This document shows, one piece after another, positions 1-9,248 of a stretch of 64,000 bases of DNA. How positions within the stretch are numbered: the stretch's first letter is position 1; every line of letters begins with the position of its first letter. Under the pieces are notes generated by a model. That model saw only the letters and a list, made by a program, of their open reading frames with translations. It made no database searches and was not told the DNA's origin. Both the position numbers and the translations under genes were made by a program. Source of the stretch: a bacterium (GTDB taxonomy: Bacteria > Patescibacteriota > Patescibacteriia > HK-STAS-PATE-3); the NCBI GenBank assembly GCA_043800725.1, contig JAZDMR010000015.1, positions 4,065-68,064 on the forward strand, given 5' to 3'.

Positions 1-75
1 TATTCTCGACAAGTCAGACAGGAAACAATTGCCCGAACCTTTGCCGCTCGGATAAGGCAGTCTATTAAATTACGC

Positions 76-351
76 TTGACCGCAGTAACGCTGGCTGTAA
101 TTTTTTTAACCTTTGGCGGGGGAGCGATTTATCTGATGCTAATCAATAATGTGGCAACGACCGGTTTTGAGATCAAAACATTAGAACAAAAAGTGGATCA
201 GCTAAGGCAAGACAATCGGCGACTAGAGCTCGAAGCCACTGAATTGCAATCTCTGGCCATAGTAGAATCAGCCACGGATCAGCTTGGCTTGACTGAAGTG
301 GCTCAAGTCAAATATCTAAGTCCCACCGGAACAGTTGTCGCTCGCAAATAA
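76..351 (+). CDS. FtsL-like cell-division protein (one TM helix plus coiled coil); the frame is open back to nt 1, so the true start may lie upstream of the window
   Basis: The translation has a hydrophobic helix (LAVIFLTFGGGAIYLMLI) followed by heptad-rich LEQKVDQLRQDNRRLELEATELQ. It sits immediately upstream of a PBP/FtsI gene as in dcw clusters. It starts at TTG, and there is no in-frame stop between nt 1 and 76. Confidence 0.5.
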   Translation: MTAVTLAVIFLTFGGGAIYLMLINNVATTGFEIKTLEQKVDQLRQDNRRLELEATELQSLAIVESATDQLGLTEVAQVKYLSPTGTVVARK

Positions 352-378
352 ATGCGCTAAGTTAGCGTGTAAAGGCAT

Positions 379-2127
379 ATGCGACCAAGACGCGTAATTC
401 GGAAACAGTCAAAATCGAGAAATCCAGACAGAATCACCGTTCTAGTAGTTTTACTATTCGGATTTTCTTCCCTTTTACTGATTAGATTGTTTACCTTGCA
501 GGTCTTGGCTCATGGTTTTTATGAAATATTGGCGGCAGGACAGTATGAAATATCCCAAAAGCTAATGCCTGTTCGGGGAGAGATATTTGCGCAAGACAGA
601 TATTCTGGCGATCAGCTTTTCCCTTTAGCCACAAATATGGATACTTACCTGGCATACGCCATCCCGAAAAGGGTTAACGATGCCGAAAAAGTTGCTGAGG
701 AAATTGCTCCGCTTCTGCAGGTTGATAAAGAAATAATCATGCCCAGGCTTTCCAAGTCAGAGGATTTGTATGAGCCGCTTCAGCATGATATTAGCGAAGA
801 AACAAAGCTGGCTGTTGAAGGGTTAAACTTTGATGGTATTGAATTTGCCCGAGAAAGTAAGCGATATTATCCGGAGAATAATATTGGCAGTCACATCCTT
901 GGCTTTGTTGGTAATGACGGCAATGAAAAGGTCGGACAGTATGGTTTGGAACAGTTTTATCAGAGCGAGTTGGCCGGCGAGGTTGGCTTTCTTCAGGCCG
1001 AACGCGATGCTGCTGGTCGCTGGATTACGGTAGGCGATAAGCTCTTGGAAGAGGCAAAAGACGGCGATGACTTGATTTTAACCATTGATCGGACTGTTCA
1101 GTACACAGTCTGCTCGAAGTTGTCCGAGTCAGTTCAAAAGCACGGTGCTGAAGACGGAGCGGCCATTGTCATGGATCCTAACACAGGAGCAATCATTGCC
1201 ATGTGCGGCTACCCAGATTTTGATCCAAATAATTACGGCGAGGTTGAGGATTTGGATAGTTTTATAAACACCGCCATTACCTCTTATGAGCCAGGCTCGA
1301 TTTTCAAGTCGATTACCATGGCTGCGGCTCTTGATACCGGCGCCATAACACCCAACACCACATATGTTGATGAAGGAAGTGTTCAAATTTCTAAGTACAC
1401 CATTAAAAATTCCGACGGAAAAGCTTACAGACAGCAAACCATGACCCAAGTGCTGGAAAAATCTTTAAATACCGGCGCGATCTTTGCCGTTCAGCAGACG
1501 GGTAATGATGTCTTTTATGATTATGTAAAAAAGTTTGGATTTGGGGAAGCTACCGGCGTTGAGCTGGGCAGTGAATCAGCCGGGAATTTAGGCGAATTAT
1601 CCAGCGGCAAGGATATTTACGCGGCCACGGCTTCATTCGGACAGGGCATTACCGTAACCCCCTTGCAAATGGCCGCCGCCTTTAGCGCGATTGCCAATGG
1701 CGGCACATTGTATCAGCCCTATATCGTGGATGAAATCGTTAAGCCAAATGATTTTCGAATAAAAACCGAACCCAAGTCTCACGGACAAGTAATTTCGCAG
1801 AATACCTCCACCACTTTATCGGCTATGCTGGTTAATGTGGTGAAAAACGGCCATGGCCAAAGAGCCGGCGTACCCGGATATTACATTGCCGGCAAAACCG
1901 GTACGGCTCAGATGCCGAGTACTAACGGCTCAGGTTATGACCCCAATCGAACAATCGGCTCGTTTATCGGTTTTGGGCCGGTAGGCGACCCTAAGTTTGT
2001 GATTATTACCAAAATTGTTGATCCAAAAGACGTGCGCTTTGCCGAAAGCACTGCCGCCCCTTTATTCGGAGAAATTGCTCAGTTTTTATTAAACTATTAC
2101 GAAATCCCGCCGACAATTACTGAGTAG
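379..2127 (+). CDS. ftsI: Penicillin-binding protein 2 / FtsI-type peptidoglycan D,D-transpeptidase
   Basis: N-terminal membrane anchor. Transpeptidase motifs are present: SxxK (GSIFKSIT), SxN (KNSDG) and KTG (KTGTA). The protein is 582 aa and the position after the ftsL-like gene fits the dcw cluster. Confidence 0.85.
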   Translation: MRPRRVIRKQSKSRNPDRITVLVVLLFGFSSLLLIRLFTLQVLAHGFYEILAAGQYEISQKLMPVRGEIFAQDRYSGDQLFPLATNMDTYLAYAIPKRVNDAEKVAEEIAPLLQVDKEIIMPRLSKSEDLYEPLQHDISEETKLAVEGLNFDGIEFARESKRYYPENNIGSHILGFVGNDGNEKVGQYGLEQFYQSELAGEVGFLQAERDAAGRWITVGDKLLEEAKDGDDLILTIDRTVQYTVCSKLSESVQKHGAEDGAAIVMDPNTGAIIAMCGYPDFDPNNYGEVEDLDSFINTAITSYEPGSIFKSITMAAALDTGAITPNTTYVDEGSVQISKYTIKNSDGKAYRQQTMTQVLEKSLNTGAIFAVQQTGNDVFYDYVKKFGFGEATGVELGSESAGNLGELSSGKDIYAATASFGQGITVTPLQMAAAFSAIANGGTLYQPYIVDEIVKPNDFRIKTEPKSHGQVISQNTSTTLSAMLVNVVKNGHGQRAGVPGYYIAGKTGTAQMPSTNGSGYDPNRTIGSFIGFGPVGDPKFVIITKIVDPKDVRFAESTAAPLFGEIAQFLLNYYEIPPTITE

Positions 2128-2274
2128 TTTTTTTTACGAGTGTGAAGTCTTTGATTTCCGGCCGAGCTCCCGTATTCTATGGCATTGTATAAAAAAACGC
2201 AGTTGGTTGTGTTAACCAACTGCGTTGCGTAAATGATCTACAAAGTTCAAGCGGCTGCATCGGCATTTTTGCCG

Positions 2275-3252
2275 TTATATTCTCAACTGTTCCATAACGC
2301 GAAAAGCTAGAGAGCCTTTAGCTCCACTGTCCCGCATCGCCATTACCGCCTGTTCAATCAGCATAACTTTTCCTAGGCAGGGTTCCGTCACACCATACCG
2401 TCTGGACAGTTCAATAATTATCCGATCCGGATTTTGGGTATCAAGGTGATCTGGATAATAGTCTTCCAGTGCCCCCCTGATCAGAAGATGGAACAGGTGA
2501 GCATAAGGCGACTTGATCACCTTTCGATCCTGTACTGTGAGTATGGCCAGGGTGAGGACGGTTTGGGCGAAGAATTTTAGGTCGTTCTGGGTCCGATCCA
2601 GTTCCTCTTGAACTAACCTAAGTCTTTTACTGTTTTGTTCCAACATATTTAAGTGACTGTTGAAATTATCCCAGCGCTCATGTTCCTCAATTAGTCGGAT
2701 AAGAGATATCGCATCTTGGTATTGATGCACTTTCATTTTCATTAAATGCGATTTCACAGTAAAGATCGGATTCCTATCTTCCCAACCTGATATCCATATC
2801 CTAATACCAGTATAATTTGTATTTTTTTTATTCAACGGACAAATCTCGACAATCGGACGGAAACCTCTAACCCGAAATATCAGATAGAAATCCGTTGCTT
2901 TACCCAGATCCTCAACCGATGGCTCGGCGTTATATGACTTTACTCCAGAGTCTTCCTCTACCCATATCCAGAATTTCTCTGTTCGAAATAGCGCTATTAA
3001 TAACCACACGATCAAGGAAAGATTTAGGCCAAGAAGTGTCGTAACTATTAAACAGTCACTAGTAGTATTGAAAATCTGGTATATACCCTTATCTGCCAGT
3101 GGCCAAAGAACTACTACACTTAATATCAACACGAACACTTCTGCCCAGAACAATTTTACATGTCCTGATTTCCTCGGGTAATTTCCATTCTCTCTATCGT
3201 CACTCATGATTGGTATCTCCCTTAATGACAGACTCCTTACTTGTCCTGCCAT
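2275..3252 (-). CDS. Hypothetical membrane-anchored protein (two N-terminal TM helices) encoded antisense inside the division/cell-wall cluster
   Basis: A long ORF with hydrophobic segments (VFVLILSVVVLWPL, LIVTTLLGLNLSLIVWLLIALF). I recognise no family. The real start may be the internal Met (MSDDREN). Confidence 0.4.
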   Translation of the reverse strand: MAGQVRSLSLREIPIMSDDRENGNYPRKSGHVKLFWAEVFVLILSVVVLWPLADKGIYQIFNTTSDCLIVTTLLGLNLSLIVWLLIALFRTEKFWIWVEEDSGVKSYNAEPSVEDLGKATDFYLIFRVRGFRPIVEICPLNKKNTNYTGIRIWISGWEDRNPIFTVKSHLMKMKVHQYQDAISLIRLIEEHERWDNFNSHLNMLEQNSKRLRLVQEELDRTQNDLKFFAQTVLTLAILTVQDRKVIKSPYAHLFHLLIRGALEDYYPDHLDTQNPDRIIIELSRRYGVTEPCLGKVMLIEQAVMAMRDSGAKGSLAFRVMEQLRI

Positions 3253-3724
3253 GGAAGCGCCATAGTCAGCTCCTCACTTAGGCTATTGCCTTAAGATCGT
3301 CTGACTAAGACTGATGTCAACGAACATCCTTGGGTACCTCCCAAAGACATCAAAACCTAACAAAAAGCACCCGTCCTGTCAAACAATCACAATAATTTAC
3401 GCGCCACTGGAATAATATCAATCACTTTGCTTTTTAGATAAGGAAAGAGCCCGGCAAGGAGCTCTTTTAAAGAGTCACTTAGTAAGCCGGGCCCTGCGAC
3501 GCGAGCAGCAAGTTCGCCTGTGGGAGACGAACCTTTTATAAAGAGAGTCCTGGGAGAGCCTCTCTTATGGACACGCTACCCGCAAAAGTAATTTTTTATC
3601 TTTTTTGATAAAGACCGGTCAATATAATAGCGCATAGTTGATTATGTGTCAAGCCATAGATGAAAATTTTGCCAGAGTTAGACAAATGTTGTACTATCCA
3701 GGCGTATTTTTATAATAAAAGAGC

Positions 3725-5092
3725 ATGCAAAAATCCTGGTTACAAAAAAAATTAGAAAGAAGTTTAGCTTTTTTTGCCGGCAGGATATTAAAAAAATATT
3801 ATCCTGATATTATTGCCATTACCGGCAGCGTAGGAAAGACAAGCGCCAAGGAAGCTATATATACCACATTAAGCGGATTGCATTCAGTGCGCCGAAGTCA
3901 GGGTAATTATAATAATGAGATAGGGTTGCCCCTGACAATTATTGATTGTGATAGCGGCGGAAAAAATCCTATTGCCTGGTTTAAAGTATTTACCAAAGCG
4001 ATTAAGCTAATTACTCGCACCAAGCCTTTTCCTGAGATACTGGTTTTGGAAATGGCTGCGGACCATCCCGGGGATATTGAATACCTGTCTTCTTTAGCCC
4101 CGCCCAGGGTTAGCATTATCACTGCTATTTCACCGGTGCACATGGAGTTTTATGATGATATCAAGCAGGTAGCCCGGGAAAAAAGGATTTTGGCAGAACA
4201 AACTGATGAAGACGGTTACGCCATTTTAAATGCTGATGATCCGGAAGTTATTAAATTTCGTGACCACACCTCGGCTCGTGTTTTAACCTATGGCTTTTCC
4301 GAGCAGGCTGATATCAGAGCTGAATCAATGGCTATTCAGTATCAAAAGCGGGAAGGTAAATCCAGCCTGCCTCAAGCTACTGGCGTGACATATCAACTAA
4401 GATTTGAAAACAAAACCGTGCCAGTTACCTTAAACGGAGCAGTGGGCAAGCCGGCCATTTTAGCTTCTTTGGCAGGCGCGGCCATAGGCTTGATCTATGG
4501 CAAAGAGTTAACTGAGGTGGCAAAATCGCTGGCCCACTTCCGGCCGCCTAAAGGCAGGCTGCGGCTCTTGGAAGGCCAGGGCGAAACCATGATTATTGAT
4601 GACAGCTATAATGCCTCGCCCAAAGCTGTGCTGGTTGCCCTGGAGCTGCTTAATACTTTATCCCAAGATTTGAAGTCGCAGTTGGGCTCTCCTAAACTTA
4701 AAAAAAGCCAGACCATTGAATCAGTCAGGTTTTTAAGAAGGATCGCTGTTTTGGGCGACATGGCTGAGCTGGGCGGCTATTCCACGCAAGGGCATACCGA
4801 AGTGGGCCTGGCTTGCGCCGGGCAGGTTGATTTACTGATTACTGTTGGCAAAGAAGCCAGAACAATTGCCAAAGCGGCTCTGGCTGAAGGTTTGCCGGAA
4901 TCAAAAATCCAATCATTTGATAATTCAGACCAGGCCGGCAGTTTTCTGAAAAACGAACTCAACAAACATGACTTAGTGCTGGTCAAAGGATCGCAAGCAG
5001 CTCGCATGGAAAAGGTTGTTAAAAAAATCCTTGCCTATCCGGATCAGGCCGATGAATTACTGGTACGCCAGGGCGCGGGGTGGGGGAGTTAA
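3725..5092 (+). CDS. murF: UDP-N-acetylmuramoyl-tripeptide--D-alanyl-D-alanine ligase (Mur ligase family, MurF-type)
   Basis: Mur ligase P-loop ITGSVGKTSAKE and the MurF-type DDSYNASP motif. It lies in the dcw context. It lacks the usual N-terminal domain and has internal insertions. Confidence 0.7.
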   Translation: MQKSWLQKKLERSLAFFAGRILKKYYPDIIAITGSVGKTSAKEAIYTTLSGLHSVRRSQGNYNNEIGLPLTIIDCDSGGKNPIAWFKVFTKAIKLITRTKPFPEILVLEMAADHPGDIEYLSSLAPPRVSIITAISPVHMEFYDDIKQVAREKRILAEQTDEDGYAILNADDPEVIKFRDHTSARVLTYGFSEQADIRAESMAIQYQKREGKSSLPQATGVTYQLRFENKTVPVTLNGAVGKPAILASLAGAAIGLIYGKELTEVAKSLAHFRPPKGRLRLLEGQGETMIIDDSYNASPKAVLVALELLNTLSQDLKSQLGSPKLKKSQTIESVRFLRRIAVLGDMAELGGYSTQGHTEVGLACAGQVDLLITVGKEARTIAKAALAEGLPESKIQSFDNSDQAGSFLKNELNKHDLVLVKGSQAARMEKVVKKILAYPDQADELLVRQGAGWGS

Positions 5093-5304
5093 ATCACCTT
5101 ATCATTGCAAGCCTCCGCCTATATCCCGCTACGCGTGACATCAGATACACAGAAACGTTAAACTAAAAATGGTCAACAAATAATATAATATATTAATTAG
5201 GATCTTTTCACTTTTTAATCAAATAGAAGAACGTGCCACCCGAGGAATTTCGAATGGCGCGTGCAGTCTGCGATGATGGGCTACTCACTCCTTGCAATCC
5301 TCTC

Positions 5305-5568
5305 CTAGACTGAGAGATGTTCGGTACAGATGACACGGCCCACGCCATGCCTTTCTATGATGACCCCCCAAACTTTGTTTGCGCTCTGACCTATTATGGG
5401 GAGCGTTCCGGTCTTTCCTTCAAGAGCATTGACTCCCAGCAGAATTCTCCATGCCGGTGAAGTGCCGCAAATTTCACATGGAAGATCCACCTCCTCCCTC
5501 GACAGGACAAACTCACCTGTGAACGTCTCTCCGCCAATCTCAACCGATTCAAAGATACTCTTGCTCAC
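5305..5568 (-). CDS. Small hypothetical protein (about 88 aa) with a CxxC motif; start reassigned to a GTG 7 nt after an AAGGAGG Shine-Dalgarno
   Basis: The minus strand reads ccagaAAGGAGGgcgcaatGTGagcaag inside the 5305..5613 ORF. The strong SD spacing argues that this is the real start. There is no recognisable family. Confidence 0.3.
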   Translation of the reverse strand: MSKSIFESVEIGGETFTGEFVLSREEVDLPCEICGTSPAWRILLGVNALEGKTGTLPIIGQSANKVWGVIIERHGVGRVICTEHLSV

Positions 5569-5850
5569 ATTGCGCCCTCCTTTCTGGTTGTACGCGATAC
5601 TCCTCTGTATCACAGAACGAGAATTGTATCAATGTATATTCATGTGAATAATTGAAAAGAGACCATAAGTTAAGGGGATTATTTATTGTTCAACACATCG
5701 CCTAACAGTGCATAGCAGCTTCAGGAAATTACGCCTATAATATAAGCGAAAGGTAGTGCGCTTTCCTGAAACTGCTATATGCAAACGTTGTCCGACATAC
5801 ATTTTTATTTTATTAGTACATTTCCCGTGTAACTATTTTTGACATCACTA

Positions 5851-5879
5851 TTGACAAGAAAATCTACATTGCCTATACT
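5851..5879 (+). promoter_or_regulatory. Near-consensus sigma70-type promoter (TTGACA-17-TATACT) about 360 nt upstream of the HTH-Panacea gene
   Basis: TTGACA at 5851-5856, an exact 17-nt spacer, and TATACT at 5874-5879. A second TTGACA lies 12 nt upstream. Confidence 0.4.
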
Positions 5880-6241
5880 AGGAATGTAATAAGATAATCT
5901 ACCATGGTTAAGCACACAATTGTAAATGACGTTAAAAACACGCTGATAATGAGGGTAGTGGCTACAAAATTGGTATTGTGGAATAGCGTCTGACCCGGAC
6001 CAGCGCCTTTTCAACGAACATAATGTGTCCAGAGATAATGCTTGGTGGATTAAAAGGAATACTGAAAGTGAACAAAGCGCACGCGACACCGAGGGATATC
6101 TTCTTCAGATTGGGTTTGATGGTGATACTGGCGGGGGCGATTATTCTACAATTCACGTTTACGCCTACAAAAAAATTCTCGGGGTTACACAAGAATAGAA
6201 TATTATTGAATAAATAAAGTCGAAAAAGGGGAGGATAAAAT

Positions 6242-7009
6242 ATGTTTGGTAAATTTATACAACAGCAGCGCGCTAAACGAGGAATGACGCAGGAATATCT
6301 AGCGTCACAACTCGATATTTCTCGTCCAACTTATATGCAAATTGAACGGGGAGAAAGAGAGTTAACAGTAAATGAAGCTAAAAAGCTAGCGGCAATTTTT
6401 GATATGTCTCTGGAGAATTTTCTTGCTAAAAAAGAACCAAAACGGAATGTAACTATTGAGAAAAAATCAGTAAGCAAATCATATGATTTACAGATTCGTG
6501 TTACGGAAAAAAATCTCGAGAAATTTAAGCAAGTACTGCTTTATGTATTAAATAAGGTGGGTGGAAAACCAAATGTCGGCGAGACAGTTCTGCACAAGCT
6601 ACTCTATTTCATCGATTTTGATTATTTTGAAAAATTTGAAGAGAATTTAATGGGCGCGACATACATTAAGAATCATCACGGCCCCACTTCAATTGAGCTT
6701 GGTTCGATTATTAAGAATATGCAGGAGCATGAAGAACTTGAAGCTGTAAATAGTAAGTATTTTAAATACCAACAAAAGAAGTATTTACCACGAAAGAGAC
6801 CCAATCTTGATATACTTTCGGCGCGTGAGATAGAGCATATTGATGATGTATTAGCACGTCTCTCAGATAAAAATGCTTCAGAAATAGAAAAATATTCGCA
6901 CGAAGATATTCCGTGGAAGTCCGCACAAGATGGCGAACCACTTTCTTACGAGAGTGTCTTTTACCGCGATGAAAGCCACTCTGTAAGAAATTACGAAGAT
7001 GAACTTTGA
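6242..7009 (+). CDS. XRE-family HTH fused to a Panacea (DUF4065/SocA-like) domain; putative type II antitoxin
   Basis: The N-terminus (QQRAKRGMTQEYLASQLDISRPTYMQIERGERELTVNEAKKLAAIFDMSLENF) is a Cro/C1-type HTH. The C-terminus carries DUF4065 hallmarks (VLHKLLYFIDFDYFEKF...GATYIKNHHGP...LARLSDKNASEIEKYSHEDIPW). The RBS is AAAGGGGAGG. It overlaps the downstream toxin-like gene by 11 nt. Confidence 0.75.
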   Translation: MFGKFIQQQRAKRGMTQEYLASQLDISRPTYMQIERGERELTVNEAKKLAAIFDMSLENFLAKKEPKRNVTIEKKSVSKSYDLQIRVTEKNLEKFKQVLLYVLNKVGGKPNVGETVLHKLLYFIDFDYFEKFEENLMGATYIKNHHGPTSIELGSIIKNMQEHEELEAVNSKYFKYQQKKYLPRKRPNLDILSAREIEHIDDVLARLSDKNASEIEKYSHEDIPWKSAQDGEPLSYESVFYRDESHSVRNYEDEL

Positions 7010-7337
7010 TGAACTGCCAGAATTTCGAAAAGAACACAAAAGATTCGGCAAAAAGTACAAATCACTTCCCGATGATTTAAAAGAATTCCGGAATGTTGTT
7101 TCTGTTGTTCCTTTGGGTAATAGCAAGCATTTTAATGTTATTACACAAAATGAAATTTTGTATGTTATCAAAGCTAGGTTGTTTTGCAGATATTTGAAGG
7201 GATCGTCACTTCGTGTTATTTATTCGTATTTTAAGCACGAACAACGCATCATTTTCATTGAGATCTATTACAAGGGCGATAAAGAAAATGAAGATCGAGG
7301 AAGAATTAAAGATTTTTTGAGTAGAATAGGTAACTAG
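6999..7337 (+). CDS. RelE/ParE-superfamily toxin (type II TA mRNA-interferase fold)
   Basis: At 112 aa, the core C-terminal half (YLKGSSLRVIYSYFKHEQRIIFIEIYYKGDKENEDRGRI) matches the RelE/ParE beta-sheet pattern (compare RelE: RSSGYRLVYQVIDEKVVVFVISVGKRERSE). It is translationally coupled to the upstream HTH-Panacea gene. Confidence 0.6.
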   Translation: MNFDELPEFRKEHKRFGKKYKSLPDDLKEFRNVVSVVPLGNSKHFNVITQNEILYVIKARLFCRYLKGSSLRVIYSYFKHEQRIIFIEIYYKGDKENEDRGRIKDFLSRIGN

Positions 7338-7570
7338 ATTACTGTAGCTGAATAAGAAGACAGATAATGTGTGAACATTATACGCGGGAAATTTCCTTGA
7401 AAGATAAAAATGTACGAAGGACAACATTGGGCGATGAACGGCCTTGGCTACTTCGTATATCGCCGGATTCGGAATTCGCAATGACTGATAAATCGGATCC
7501 CGCATGGCGGTGATTAGCCTGCGTTGGGCATATAATAGTTGACCAGAGGGGTAAAAAAGTCGTACAATAA

Positions 7571-7608
7571 CGCCGTCTTTGAAAAACGCGACGGCGCATT
7601 TATTTCCC
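7571..7608 (+). terminator. Rho-independent terminator-like hairpin (CGCCGTC-12nt-GACGGCG + CATTTATTTCC) ending 1 nt before the ATG of the next gene
   Basis: A 7-bp GC-rich stem at 7571-7597 is followed by a T-rich tract. It probably terminates the TA operon, or could act as an attenuator. Confidence 0.4.
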
Positions 7609-8616
7609 ATGAAACGATTAAGAATAATGCTCTTGGTTGCCGGCGGGACCACACTGTCAGCCAAGGGTTCGGACAATATCAAGGTCCGTTCGGCCAAAGA
7701 TCTGGCAGACTGGATAAATGAGATACAAGAGCTGAATATTATTGCTGATATTGAGTCGGTATTTATTTCTAGCGGCCAAGGCTCGCAAATTAACGCTGAT
7801 TTCTGGGAGCGAATCGTAAAAGAAGTGCAAAAGGCTTACCAGCGCTGCGATGGATTTGTGCTGACTCATGATATTGAAACAGTCCACTACACAGCGCCGG
7901 CCTTGGCTTGCGCTATGGATGATATTGGCAAGCCTTTTGTGATTACCGCTTCGCCCTATGATCTGATGTATCGAAGCGTACCTGACAATATTAGAAAAAT
8001 ATTCGACGATTATCGCGGCTTTGGCAACAAAGATAATTTACTGAATGCTTTGCATATTGCCGTGGCTGATTTGTCCGGGGTGTTATTGGTATTTGGCAAT
8101 CAAGTGCATCGCGCATTGGAAGTTTCCCCCAATCGCATTCCCAATCTGAATTATTTTCATTCGATATCCGGCAGTACGTTTGGCAAGATAGATTTTGGAT
8201 TGAAATTTTTTCCGCCAATAAGCGGACGCCACAATCGGAAATTCAAGCCCTCGCTTAAGTTCGAATCCGACATTGCCAGTCTGGAAATAAATCCCAGCAC
8301 AAACGCTGACCAGATTAAGCAAATTGCCCTGAAAAAACCAACAGCTTTAATTTTAAGAGTCGCAGAATTGATGGCTATCCCCAAGGGTATTAATGTTGAA
8401 TTGCTAAAATTGCAAAAACAGAAAATACCGGTCTTGGTTTTTCAGGAGTTTCAAACTAAACAGACCAGATCGCCTTTTATCTTCTTGTCCGGAATTCCAT
8501 ATCACACGGCTTTTGTTTTTATGCTCTGGGCGTTGGGTCAGAGCAAAAGTTTGCCGGTAATTCGAAAGCTGCTGCAAGATAAAGTTAAACAAGCCCTAAA
8601 GAAAGGAGCGGCCTAA
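7609..8616 (+). CDS. L-asparaginase family protein (type I-like asparaginase/glutaminase fold)
   Basis: The N-terminal threonine motif LLVAGGTTLSAKGSD and the second motif GFVLTHDIETVHYTAPAL match the asparaginase hGGTIa / GfVitHGTDTm signatures. Start is taken at the ATG at 7609, not the TTG at 7579 that lies inside the terminator hairpin. Confidence 0.55.
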   Translation: MKRLRIMLLVAGGTTLSAKGSDNIKVRSAKDLADWINEIQELNIIADIESVFISSGQGSQINADFWERIVKEVQKAYQRCDGFVLTHDIETVHYTAPALACAMDDIGKPFVITASPYDLMYRSVPDNIRKIFDDYRGFGNKDNLLNALHIAVADLSGVLLVFGNQVHRALEVSPNRIPNLNYFHSISGSTFGKIDFGLKFFPPISGRHNRKFKPSLKFESDIASLEINPSTNADQIKQIALKKPTALILRVAELMAIPKGINVELLKLQKQKIPVLVFQEFQTKQTRSPFIFLSGIPYHTAFVFMLWALGQSKSLPVIRKLLQDKVKQALKKGAA

Positions 8617-8618
8617 AT

Positions 8619-9239
8619 ATGCGCATTTACTTTTATGGGCCGAAAACAGATACTGAGCAGTTACAAGAAGCTTATGCCATGATTCGCAGGTTTTTAAAAC
8701 AGTCCGAAGTATCCCTATCCACCAATACCCAGAGCACTGCCGCCAGTCTGGATTCAGAGGTTACCGAGCTGGCAGAGGATCAAGCAACCAATCCTTTGGA
8801 AATGATGGAAGGTATTATTATCGAGGGTTCCACGCCTGATCCGGAAGTGGGTTATTTATTGGCCTATGCTTTGGCTCAAAAAAAGCCCATTTTATTTTTA
8901 ACTGAGAAGAGCAGCCAGGGACGCCAGATACTAAAGTATTTAAAAGATAAGCAAATTCCAAAAGTCTGCCAGATACGTTATTATACCCATAAGACTCTGC
9001 AATGGCTATTGGACGAATTTATTGAATCAATCGGTCATCGTGAAACCCGGGAGATTCCCAGGATAAAATTTACTTTACGAATCACTCCGACTATCGAAGC
9101 TTACCTGGACTGGAAAACCCAGAATATCAAGCTGAAAAAAGCTGATTTTTTAAGAGGCCAAATTGATAAGCTTATTTCTCACGATAAAAAGTTTCAAGCC
9201 TATCTTAAACGCAAAAGAAAACATAATTCAGAAAATTAA
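8619..9239 (+). CDS. Hypothetical protein with an N-terminal nucleoside 2-deoxyribosyltransferase-like (NDT/SLOG-like Rossmann) region
   Basis: MRIYFYGPK...EGIIIEGSTPDPEVGYLLAYALAQKKPILFL resembles the NDT pattern (KIYLAGP ... D.GTAFEIGYA.A.GKPV). The C-terminal half is unassigned. A 3-nt gap to the upstream gene suggests an operon. Confidence 0.3.
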   Translation: MRIYFYGPKTDTEQLQEAYAMIRRFLKQSEVSLSTNTQSTAASLDSEVTELAEDQATNPLEMMEGIIIEGSTPDPEVGYLLAYALAQKKPILFLTEKSSQGRQILKYLKDKQIPKVCQIRYYTHKTLQWLLDEFIESIGHRETREIPRIKFTLRITPTIEAYLDWKTQNIKLKKADFLRGQIDKLISHDKKFQAYLKRKRKHNSEN

Positions 9240-9248
9240 TTTTAAAAA

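Noticed and set aside
830-1449. Three short ORFs (830..1033 +, 1085..1267 +, 1129..1449 -) nested inside the ftsI-like gene
   Set aside because: They lie fully within a well-supported 582-aa PBP reading frame in alternative frames, have no RBS, and their composition is unremarkable. They are treated as spurious.
7206-7697. A 163-aa minus-strand ORF overlapping the toxin-asparaginase intergenic region and the asparaginase start
   Set aside because: It overlaps the start of a well-supported + strand gene and the terminator hairpin, and has no RBS or recognisable domain. It is probably a chance ORF.
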